Shown one piece after another: positions 52,578 through 64,000 of a stretch of 64,000 bases of DNA. Where the stretch lies: positions 116,622,001 to 116,686,000 of the forward strand of contig NC_042999.1 of assembly GCF_006345805.1 (NCBI RefSeq). Reading direction: 5' to 3'. How positions within the stretch are numbered: the stretch's first letter is position 1; every line of letters begins with the position of its first letter. The translations under genes and the position numbers were made by a program. The notes below the pieces were generated by a model that had not been told where the DNA came from, searched no databases, and saw only the letters and a program-made list of their open reading frames with translations. The DNA comes from Octopus sinensis (taxonomy: Eukaryota).

Positions 52578-54056
52578 TTTAAGTGCCATCGGCATGGGTG
52601 CCATTTGCATGACACCAGTATAATAATACTGCTGTTCTTTATCCCATTAAATCTAAGTCCTGAATTCTTTATCCTTACATATCCATATACCCAAGTAACA
52701 GAATAAACTATCTACTCATTTACCAAATGCAGATTTTTAAAGAATTTGCAAATAATTAATTGTAAAACAAAGATCTGTAAAATTAACTAAACACAAATTT
52801 TTATATGATTTTCAACTATAAATATGAAATTTTTTTTTTTTTGCTACTCTCACAGATTCCCATAACTATTTCCATCCAGTTCCATTATTATGAATTTGAT
52901 TTGGGAGCTTGAGTCATAATATATTTATATATATTACTACTATTATTTAAAATGGTTTGATTCAGTTGTATCGGCTCCATGCAGCTTAAAGTTTTGCAAG
53001 CCTCTTTACAGAAACCTGACTTGTTCAGGCTCAGATTATTCAGGGTCCCCAAAGTATTTTCCTGCAGTAATATTGCTGACTAGATTGGAATCTTGTGGTT
53101 AAGTCAAAAGAAATCTGAAGAAAAAGTAAAATATATGAATAACATCTGTAAAATTTCACTTGTAATGGTTTAGTTTTAATATATAATCTCTGGAGTAATA
53201 CTTCAGCCTGCAAAATATCTACTTATATATTTTTTAATTGAATTATTTCTATAAAAAAAAAAAGAAAAATTTTGAAGACATGCTGTGAAGGTACTAATGT
53301 AAAATTATAAAAGGGAATTTAGTCATTGACCTGAAGGTTTTCTGTTCTTTTTGCTCAGTAACCTATATAGTTGCTGCCAAACAGGATTGGAAACTGCTGA
53401 TATTGTTTTAATCTGATATTAATATCTTATCAGTTATCTTCAACTGATGTCCCAAATGGGAGTAATTGGTAAGAAGGTGGTGCTGTTACTGGTTTTAGGT
53501 TCTTGTTGGCTGAGTTTTATCTTAAATAGAGAGGAACATTAACGTAGTAAGCCTGTGTCCGATTCTATTCACTCTCTTCTTATTTCTTTTACTTTTTTAC
53601 TTTCATTCTTCCCAGTTGACTTAATTACATTTCCAGAGACTTTTACCACGGAAAAAAGTATTTTCTTATGTTCTTATGATCTCATATATATGACATTATA
53701 CAATTTAGATATATTTATTTCACATTTCTTTTTTATCATAAATATAATAATTTTTACATAATAATCAGACAACTTGAATCAGTTAAATATTCATGACCAT
53801 GTACAATATTATTGTTGTTATTTAGTCCCATGAAGGCATTTTGGCCATGAACATTCAGTCTTCTTTGCTGCAATGCCCCTACAATGAGATTTATCCAATT
53901 CAGCTTTATTTTCAAGAATTTTCAAAAAAGTGTATGATTCAAGGGTTATTTGGCTGCTCTTTCTGGCGACTATGCTGATGACTCTCTTTTTGGCTCATAC
54001 AATGTTTTCTCCAGATCTACAATATTTTGTGACTGATGTGGCTTTTTACAATTTAA

Positions 54057-54277
54057 CCTTTTAGCATTCAGGTTACTCAGTCAAATGTAAAGCTTATTTA
54101 ATAACATTGTTATGAATTAATCATGCATTATCTCATAGCTTTGAGATTTTGATGTGGTGACTGTTTATTTTTTGAGTGACATTGTAAGATGGGTGTGAGA
54201 GGTTGGATCTGGCCTGTTTGAATATGACACAACTAGAATAGTTGAACCAGAATATGGCCAGCTTGAATGCTGAAGGA
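54057..54277. mobile_element. piggyBac-like MITE
   Basis: TTAA at 54053-54056 and 54278-54281; TIRs CCTTTTAGCATTCA / TCCTTCAGCATTCA (reverse complement). Confidence 0.75.
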
Positions 54278-56658
54278 TTAATCGGTTAAACAAAACTCAT
54301 TTTACTATGATTGTCATTTTTGTTATTGTAATTATGACAGCTATAATTTACTCTTCACATTTTTTAACAACAAAGATTAATTTGCTGTCCAACAAACAAA
54401 GATTCAAGGTTTGGTTCTAATTTCATCTAAAACTTGCTGACTCTGGGGCTTATATATCCAAATATCAAAATGACTAGGAGTTGAATTTTCTTTGATAAAA
54501 TAATATCAGTTTAACATTTATTTTTCCATTCCTCCATAGATCAGATAGTATAATATGATTTTAGAAAATTATCAAAATTTTTTATTTTGAAATAAATACT
54601 ATTCATTTGTGATTTCATTATTTGCTACAAAATCAAATGAAATCACTTAGACTTCAGCATTTTCCTGATTATTTTTGTACTACTTTATCAAAGATTTTAG
54701 TATCTTTTATAAGCACAGAAACTTTACAATATATTTATCTGAAAACAACAGTTAATTAACTTATTTCATTTAGTACTATCTAATTATTTTCTCTTACAAA
54801 ATATTATACTGTATTATAAACACCATGCTATATCAGAGCTGAATATACTATACTATTGATTGGAGAAGGAAACTGAGTATGTCTTTGCAGCAAAATAGTC
54901 AGCATGCTGTGAAATGATATATCAGCAGACTTCCCATCCGTTTTTCTGCAAATCAGAAAGAATGTGTTTACATTCTGAATATTTCTCTCATAGCCAGGCT
55001 TTCTGATATTTAAATTTGTTTCAGTGCTGGTTCACACTGTATTGCACATAAAAAATATATATATATGTATTTATTATAAAATTGTATAATAAAGGCCATG
55101 CCTTATCATCTTAATGTACTATTAGCTCTATTCTAGTTGTTGTTTTCTAATGAAGGACAAACATTTAGAGAGAGGCACTGTTGAAGGTTTTTAGTCTTGC
55201 TTAGTAACATCTTTAATTTTTTACATTTACATGAACAGAAGAATAAGCATCCATTAAATCTGGAGTTAAAGGTACTAGTTAACTGAGAAAACCCAAACCT
55301 AGTTGAACATTTAACTTACTCAAGTCAATCAAGGCTAATTTAATGAATATCTTTTTACATCATCTGTTCTCAAATGAAAGTATCTGTCTGGATCTAAACT
55401 GGATTTCAATAGAAATGTTATTTTGTTCATTACTGTTTTTGTTGGTTTTCTTTTGCTTTGATAACAACAATTCAGGATAAAGCTATTTTTTATTTAGCAT
55501 GGGATTGCCCAAATTTCCTAATTAATGAATTTAATGCAATTAAGCTAAGCTGATTATATTATTGAAATAGTTATAGCAGCTTGCTAACTTTCAAGTTGAA
55601 TACTATTTTATAAATATGATAGTTGAAATTAAATTTAATTGCTTTTTTCTGAGTTTAAAGCTTGCTATGTGTTGAAGTTATATCTCACTGGTCTTACATT
55701 AGACAACATACAAAGTCACCTTCTCATATGTGTTTGTAAATATTTTACTATCTATACAAATCACTACATGGTGAACATTATTCATTAAAATGTTTGGCTC
55801 AAATTTCTTCAGGAACAAATAGCTCAGTTGGTGCTAAATGGTGAGAATGAAACTGTTACAAGAAATGCTTCTGGTTAAGAAAGTTAAGAAAGCCATAAAA
55901 CAATTTTTATTTGCCTTGGATTGTTAACCATTCTAACTACATTAAAATGTATATTTATTAGCTATTATACTGTCTTATATCATTCATGATAAGGGTTGTT
56001 TTTTGTGTAATCATTTGTTGGCCTACCTATCTGTATATATGACCTTTTAATTTCAAATTACTCAACTTTGTTAACTTTGATGTTGTTTACCATATACAGC
56101 CTTAGATTTTAATTTGATTATTACTTTGATAATCATCCTAATGATATTAGTGGTTAGTTAGAAAAAAAAACCAGTTAAGCAAGCAATGGTGAACTTTGAA
56201 AACATAGGAACTACATTTTGATTTTCACTCTGAGTCTGTAAGACATTTGATTCAATTCAGTCATCTAATATTTGTTCTTTATCAGTCTTCTATTATGAAA
56301 TAAAGTTCATGCTTGAACTATGATGAATATATATCTAGTGTTCCTCGGCTATTTTCTCAAACCCTCCACTGAGAATATATATTATTCAGAAGACTCAGTT
56401 TCTTTACTACATGGATCAGATGGAATTTATTGCGACAGATTTTCTACATCTGGATACCGTTCCTGTTTCCCAGTAAGCTAATATTTCCCCATGGCCAGAT
56501 ACGTTTTTTTTTTTTATGGAAGACTAGAAATGAACAAAATGAAAACTTGTATTACACTGTTGCTCATTTTACACCCACTACAGGATGTCAAAACAAAGTA
56601 ATACGTAAACACATGCACACAAATGCAGTCGTCTCTCTCTCTCTCTCTCTCTCTTCCT

Positions 56659-56718
<60 letters not shown>

Positions 56719-56728
56719 ATACACACAA

Positions 56729-56880
56729 CTGGCTTCTTTCAGTTTCTTTCTACCAAATTGATTCACAAGGTTTTGGTTAGCTGAAGACTATAGTATAAGG
56801 TATTTGCCCCAGGTTCCACACAGTGGGGCTGAATCCAAAACCACATAGTTGGACAGCAAGCTCTTCAACTACACAGTCAC
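56729..56880 (-). mobile_element. SINE family B, 5' half, CpG-depleted
   Basis: GGCTTCTTTCAGTTTC...CACAAGGTTTTGGT...TTGCCCCAGG..CCACACAGTGGGGCTGAA. Confidence 0.78.
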
Positions 56881-59504
56881 ACCACCAGCTCTTATATACA
56901 GCCATACCCATGCCTATAAGCTATATTTGTGCCTTCATTTTTACTAAAGACCAAGTATTTATAAAATCCATAGACATAATGTAAAAATTTAATGCCACAC
57001 TTATCAGCATTCCAGTCAAGAGAACGAGGTTCTCTGCTGAAGTGAAAACCAATTTCAAACTTGGTGGGATATGATCTGATACCTAGATATTAAAAGCTTT
57101 TATCGTTTTTAAGACAATGCCTTATGCTCTTAATGCTAGTTTCATAACGTGTCTCCTCATTCAGCTAGTTGAACTTTGAGAGCAATTGTGAAACAGGTAT
57201 CTTGCTTCAATGAAATGTTACACACTTCCTTGTTGCACAATCACTGTTATTATGAACAAATACAAAGATCCCCTTTGTGCACTTGTTCATATTTTGTAGA
57301 TTCATTAGTTTCCATATGTCCATGGTAATGTAGAAACATTTTTAAATGTTATAGATGTAGAGATTTTATGGTAAAGCATAAGCATATATTTAAAGATCTT
57401 TTTGAAATGTTCATCGATTGTATATTATAATTTCCGTCATATGAATAATTCATTCTTTATTTATCCATCTCACTTTAGTACTCATGTACTTAATTATTTC
57501 AATTTTATTTTTCTATTATGATTTATCCTATTACAGATGTCCTTTTAATAAGCTTTTTACTCTCCTGCCAGATGGAGAATTTTGTAACAAAGGCAGTATG
57601 GGGAGGGATGCATTTTTTTCTAACTTGTTAATTGTATCAACTCAGTCTCTGACTGAATATAAAGTATAAAGAAGAAACATGAGTTAATAGTTTGTTGGAA
57701 AGAATAGAGAAAGAGTAACAATTGGTTACATACCAAGTAAAACTGATTGGCCAAGCTTAATGTGTAGGAAGAAAATTTTTAATTAACTTTCAGTTAACTA
57801 GCCATAGTAAAAGGGTTAAGCTCCCAGTCTTTTTTTTTTTTTTTTTTTTTTGTATATTAATTACATTGATTGCGCTTAGTTTGAGTTAGAGAACTTTTGA
57901 AATTTTGAATCAGATGTAAATATAATGCGTACAAAACTGGGGTTTGAAGGTAATTAAATGTTTAACCTTACTTTTCAGAAGACTGTCTCTTTCAATTTTG
58001 GCTTTTGATACACATTTCTTCTGTGGATTTTCTTTTTCGAGACATGCACAGGAAATTACACATGCATTTGTCTACCTATTTCTTCTCAAACTTCATGCCA
58101 CTCATTTGGTTTGAAATGATACATCATTTTATGTTGTCATAAAAATTTTTCAAATACATGATATCAAATATGTTTTGTCATGACTGTGAAGTAAAATATT
58201 TTGCTCAAAATAGCTATATTTTAACAATATTAGTAAGTAATTATCATGTATTTCATAAATTTAATTAGAAAAATTAAAATGAAGTAAAAGACTCTCTACA
58301 AACAAAGTAGACTTTCAAGCCAGTGATCTGCCCATGGTCATCACCATTTTAATTGTTGAGTTCAATATCCTATAATTTAGGCTTTAAATATGAATTCCTC
58401 ATTTCAAATGTTGGAGCTGGACACACAGTAGATTGAGTGACTGTCTAGAAGCTGCTTCATTGGATCATAGGCATAACACTTTAAACTGGGGTGAATCTGG
58501 ATAGAAACATGGTTTCTTAAGCCCCAGTTTCAAGAGATTTAGGAATTGCAAGCTGTTGTCAGAGAGAGAGAGAGAGAGAGTGCGTGTGTGTGTGTTTGTG
58601 CATGCATGCATAGTGCGTTCACTAAAATCTCCACCCATTATGAATAGACCTACTAAATATTCTATGTATATATTGGCAGTCAGAAATCTGATAAAAAGAT
58701 TTCAACTGTTATAACTGTATAATAAATTGAGATATAATCATAAAACAAATTATTAGTATAAGCTTTGATAGTTCTACTGATAGTTGCTATGATAATCTGT
58801 TTCTTCTTACTAGTGTTGGGCTAATGGAAACATTTGCCTATATTCTTTTGATATATAAAAACATAGGGGTGGGGACTTAAAAATGAAAGAAAAATTATTT
58901 TATTTTTAAAACATGGAATGGTTTTTAGCCAAATCCTCTTTGGCTTTTCCTTAACCTTTGTAAGGATTTGTCATGACTAAACTGCAATCCTTTTGAAAGT
59001 CATTACCAAATTTGTTCATGGCATTGGTGTAGTATTATTTAATGCTTGATTAAGTGACCTTATAACAAAAGAAAAAAAATAGTTTCCAGCTATGACCAGT
59101 TCATCTTTTGTCAAACATGGTGCATATCAGATAATTTTTTCCAATGCCTCCACCCTTAAACCATGATATATGATTCAAAGATTGCTATTTCTAACAAGTC
59201 AAGTGACTGCATAGAGGACCTCCTTGTTTGCTGTCAGATGTATTGTTGTCTTTAGACATATTTTTACTTGCTCCTCTTCCATGTCTGTTTAAAGAAATCC
59301 TTATTCTGTCTATATAGAGCTTAGTGCAAAGGAATTTGGAACACTGTTCAATGTGAGCAATATTGTTTTCTTTTTTAATAAAACTATCTATGCCATTGTT
59401 GATACTTGAATTTTTCCTTAAGTTTTCCTTTATCTATATTGTTCAGTTTGTATTCATTGGTAGAATCATTAGAGCATCAAAGTGCCCTTGTGGCATTTCT
59501 CTCT

Positions 59505-59990
59505 GGCTCTGTGTATTCTGATCTTGAATCCTACTGAGATCAACTTTGCCTTTCATCTTTTCAGAGTTGATGAAATAAATTACCAATCAAGTACTGGGGT
59601 TGCTGTAATTGACTACCAATCCTAAAATTGCTGGCCTTGTGCCAAAATTTGAAAGAAATCTTCTTCTTCTTCTCATCATCATTATCATTAACTTGCTGGT
59701 TTTACGTTAAAATTTGAAAACATTATTATTTTATTATTATTATTATTGCGATTACTACTACTACTTTAACTTGTGTTGGAACTCCTGAAGTCTTGTGTGC
59801 ATAGCAGGCTTGCTTCTTGCAGCATTTCATCCATTTTTTTTTTTTTTGTTCTGAGTTCAAATTCTGAGGTTGACTTTGCCTTTCACTTTTTCAGGGTTGA
59901 TAAAGTAAGTACCAGTTGATCACTGGCATCAATGTAATCAACTTATCTCCTCTCTGAAATTACTGGCCTTGTGCCAAAATTTGAAACCAT
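59505..59990 (+). mobile_element. Two CpG-depleted SINE family A copies (59505-59655, 59845-59990)
   Basis: Both have the family A core and the GGCCTTGTGCCAAAATTTGAAA tail, with consensus CG replaced by TG or CA. Confidence 0.8.
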
Positions 59991-60457
59991 TAATAGAGAG
60001 CATGTGAGAGGGTTCATAACTTCATAAGTGAGGGTATTCCTGAATCTGTGGCATTTGTTGAGTGGCCTTAGTTGAAATTTCTCCTGTATCAGGAGGACTG
60101 CATCATTCATGTTATCACATACTTTGTATACTATTTATACTTTTATCACATTTTACTGTCTTTTCTTCCATTTTTTATGTAAATCCTGGCACAAATTGTT
60201 ATCTGTCCTTGTGACTTCCACCTCATCTATGCCCTGTGGCTAATAAAATAAATTATAATTATTATTATTATTATTATTGGTCAGGACTGTCGTGGATTTG
60301 AGTAGTCCAGGAGATCTCCCTCTTTTGGGGAATTTTGGTGTTCTAATTGATTGTTTTGCATTGTTTATGGGACCTTCCTGTAACCCCACATTCTATTTGT
60401 CCAGTGCTGTCTACAATGTTTTTTTTTTTTCTGTAAACCCTTTGAGGTTAATAAAAA

Positions 60458-60561
60458 TAATAATAATTATTATTGTTATTATTGAGCTGGCAGGATCATT
60501 TGTCCAGCATGCTGGACAAATGATTCTGCCAGCTCAATAATAACAATAATAATTATTATTA
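60458..60561. repeat. 104-bp spacerless palindrome built on a SINE A head
   Basis: Symmetric about 60509/60510 (GCA|TGC); a single G.T mismatch (60494/60525). Confidence 0.95.
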
Positions 60562-60720
60562 ATGCTGGACAAAATGCTTTACAAAATTTCATATGTTCTG
60601 AATTCAGATTCTGCTTCATCCTGTTGGTGGTTGTGGTGGTAGTGTGTGTATGGGGGGTTTGGTGTAATCAACTAGGCCTCTCTTCTAAAATTTCAGGCCT
60701 TGTGCCTATAGTAGAAAGGC

Positions 60721-60757
<37 letters not shown>

Positions 60758-61338
60758 GATAATTATTATTCAGTAGTAGTAGTAGTAGTAGTAGTAGCAG
60801 TTGTCAGCAATGAATTTTGTAGTCTACTTCAACTGTTGACTATTTTACTTTTTTTTTCTGCTTAGTTTTGTCATGGCTGTTTTAGTTTATTTGAGTCTTA
60901 AGTTCCTAACAGGATGTTTCAATTGTCACAAGACACTCCTTATTGCCACTACTGTCAATGATAGATAAAGGAGGAGGGGGAGGAGGAGGTCAATTTTAGT
61001 AATGACTTGCAATTTTCATACTCCTCCCCCCTCACCAACCTACTATCAGCTGTATATGTTCCTTGTACAATTTTTTTTCTCCTTTTTCGTTTTGTTTTTG
61101 TTTTCCATACCCTAGACACATGAATGGATTTCCCACTATGCACAAGCTCACTAAGTGGCTCTGCTTGTCGGCCTGCATTTTAAAACACTGAAATTAGTTT
61201 ATAAAATTAATTTCAGTGTTTCAAAATGCATCTATATTCTTCCTTTTCGTTTTCTTTTTTTTTTTTCTTTTGCTGAATTGGTGTAATTTTAATTCATTGA
61301 GTCATTGTGCTTTAAGTAACATATACAAGACAGACAGA

Positions 61339-61569
61339 AGGCGGTGAGCTGGCAGAAACATTAGCTCGCAGGGCGAAATGCTTAGCGATATTTCGTCTGC
61401 TGTTACGTTCTGAGTTCAAATTCCGCCAAGGTCAACTTTGCCTTTCATCCTTTCGGGGTCAATAAATTTAGTACCAGTTACGCACTGTGGTCAATGTAAT
61501 CGACTTAATCCCTTTGTCTGTCCTTGTTTGTCCCCTCTATGTTTAGCCCCTTGTGGGCAATAAAGAAAT
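61339..61569 (+). mobile_element. SINE family A, full length, degenerate ~18-bp TSD
   Basis: Complete head to GGGCAATAAAGAAAT tail; flanks ATATACAAGACAGACAGA / ATATACTAAACAGACAGA. Confidence 0.9.
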
Positions 61570-61643
61570 ATATACTAAACAGACAGAGTATACTGTAAGG
61601 AACTGTGTTGTGTATGTATGTAATAATGGATAGAAAGTATATA

Positions 61644-62236
61644 TACTTGTTTCAGTCATTTGACTGTGGCCATGCTGGAGCACCACCTCTAAGGGATTTT
61701 TAGTTGAAAAACTTGACCCCAGGATTTATTCTTTGTAAGCTTTGTACTTATTCTATCAGTCTCTTTTGCTGAACCACTAAGTTGCAGGGATGTAAACACA
61801 CCAGCATCAGTTGTCAAGCGATGGTGGAGTGGACAAACACAGACACAAAAACGCACACAAATATATATATATATAGGGCAAGCTTCTTTCAGTTTCTGTC
61901 TCCCAAATCCATTCACAGGGCTTTGGTCGGCCTGAGGCTATAGTAGAAGACACTTGCCCAAAGCCTAGTCCTTATTCTATCAGTCTCTTTTGTCAAACCA
62001 CTAAATTATGGGTACATAAATAAACCAACATCAGTTGTGAAGTGGAGGTGGTGGTGAGACAAACATAAAGATGTGCACATAGATACATACATTATTACAC
62101 ATACACACGCATGTAGATACGATGAGCTTCTTTCAGTTTCCATCTATCAAATGCAAGGCTTACACTGTCTAAGGGCTATGGTAGAACCCAGAATCATGTA
62201 GTTGGGAAGTAAACATCTTACCACACAGCCACACTT
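61644..62236 (-). mobile_element. SINE family B with internal tandem duplication (two overlapping units)
   Basis: CTTATTCTATCAGTCTCTTTTG...CCACTAA occurs at ~61748 and ~61970, each followed by the GCTTCTTTCAGTTTC body. Confidence 0.75.
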
Positions 62237-62666
62237 GTACTTATATATATATATATAATCATATAGATGTATATGTATATTGCTAGTGTGATGCATGCAT
62301 GTCCAGTTTATGCAGAGACATGTATACAGGACAGACTTACTCTATATGATGTGTGTATATCATCATCATCAGTCAATCCTATATACAAGTCATTCTTTGA
62401 AGTGTATGTATATCTATTTAATCTCTTTCTCTCATCATGTTGAACTGTTAATCCCTACACATTTTTTCTCTCTCTTTTTTTTTTTATTTTTATTCTTTCT
62501 CCATTTTACCCTCTCAATCATTTTCTGTCGAAGACCAGAGGCTTGAAACATCAAAGACTTTTCCATTCTTCCTGAACTTTAAGCTAATACACCTGCTTGT
62601 TATTTCTTCACCTGTCTTCATTTTTTGTTTTCTGTAAATTTGAACTATATATACACAGAGAGAGAG

Positions 62667-62820
62667 GGCTGTGTGGTTCAGAAATTTGCTTTATAACCAC
62701 ATGGTTTTGGGTTCAGTCCCACAATGTGGCATCTTAGGCAAGTGTCTTCTGCTATAGTCTCAAGCTGACCAAAGCCATGTCAGTGGATTTGGTCATAGAA
62801 ATTAAAAGAAGCCCACTGTA
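62667..62820 (+). mobile_element. SINE family B, 5' half, CpG-depleted
   Basis: GGCTGTGTGG...CCACATGGTTTTGGGTTCAGTCCCAC...TTAGGCAAGTGTCTTCT...AAAGAAGCCCACTG. Confidence 0.8.
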
Positions 62821-64000
62821 CAAATATATAATAGGTGTGTCTATCTTGGTATTACATGATAATTTGAAACAAGTGTCACTGTAATACAAGTGGTATTGTT
62901 CAATTGCAAAGTTCTGTGGAAACATGTTTAGGTATGAGGAAAAAATACTTTGCTTGGAAACAGATAAGAATTTGCAACAGTAAGAACATCCAGTTGTAGA
63001 AAATCTGCCTTAACAAATTGCTTCTGACCCAAGCAAGCATGGAAAAGTGGCCATAAGACTAGTGACTATAATTACACACACACACTGGACCATGTTTACT
63101 TTGGTGTGAATTCTGGTTATACACTGTGTACTCTAATGTAGTATGTGTGCAAGCTTACTGTGTATAGTATATATTATAATATGGTTATAAAGTACAGAAA
63201 GTGTGCTATAACCATAGTTTTATTCAAGAGAGAATATTGAGCTTCTTTTTTTTGTATTGTTTTATTTTATGTTTAATGAATACCACCATCCCACACCATC
63301 AGAACTGAAAGAAAGGCATTGAATTAACATAATGTGATGCATAATCAGTCTGTGATTATGTACTTTAAGAACTTGCTGGTCAAAGTGAAGTGAATGCCAT
63401 GAGGCAGCAATGTATTGAGGTATTTTGGGAAAAATAGATAGTTGCAAAAGTTAATATGATGGTGCTTATGGTGAAAATATTGCTACTGTTGTTGCTGCAG
63501 TTTGCATCACTTTGTGAATAGTGTAGAGTTTATTCTTGTGATAGGACAACTAAATTAACTGATAAAAATATAAATCAAAAGAAGAAGGCTAATTTTGATG
63601 ATGAGCCAGGAAGTGAAGATTTTTCAGTAAGAGTTTATATGTTAGAAAGTCTGGTATACCAGTACTCAGAAGAAAGTGTGTCAGCTGTATAGGAGAGCAT
63701 ACTTGGGGAAACATCTGGTTGTGGTTGAGATATTTCTGTATTTTAAAGAGAAGGGCAAGTTTATTTGATGCAGTTTTGGCAAATTATAGAAGCACGTTCA
63801 CTAAAGTTGTGGCTCTTACTTAATGGTATTATTTTTTATCTTAGAAACAGATGAAGGCTGGCAACAGGAAAGGCATCCAGCCATAGAAAATCTGTGTGAC
63901 CAACGCAAGCATAGAAAAATGGAAAACAAAATGATGATGATGATGCTGATTTTCTATGATGCAAGATAGTATTTCACCATGATCAGACATGTTTTACATT

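Larger units (their letters stand above)
41199..64000 (+). other. Intron following the first YAP coding exon (continues beyond the window)
   Basis: Canonical GTAAGT donor at 41199. By eye I found no downstream exon encoding the rest of WW1 (expected H...TTTWxDP) in the window. Confidence 0.8.

Overview
This is AT-rich, microsatellite-dense animal genomic DNA. The tRNA-derived SINE families and (TA)n/(ATAC)n load point to an octopus genome; that is recognition from sequence style, not a database result. The only host gene I can support is a YAP/Yorkie orthologue on the + strand. Its first coding exon (ATG 40762, GT donor 41199) carries the TEAD-binding domain, four HxRxxS LATS motifs and the first half of WW1, and the following intron runs past the window end (>22.8 kb). 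The rest is a transposon landscape. It includes three Tx1/L1-like LINE relics, two distinct R4/Dong-like REL-endonuclease families, a HERO-like 3' end, RTE-like 3' ends, several Tc1/mariner relics, hAT- and piggyBac-like MITEs, and dozens of SINEs from at least four families. The most notable observations are: (i) retroelement families associated with specific microsatellites, (ATT)n or (CATA/TATG)n, that other elements supply as tails; (ii) a mariner derivative built from two inverted left ends; (iii) two near-perfect long hairpins in the YAP intron and three consecutive fold-backs at 26.9-29.4 kb; (iv) a CpG-decay boundary inside the YAP intron visible in SINE copies. Almost all ORFs in the supplied track are microsatellite or decayed-TE artefacts. 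Repeat boundaries are read by eye and approximate unless a TSD or TIR is quoted.
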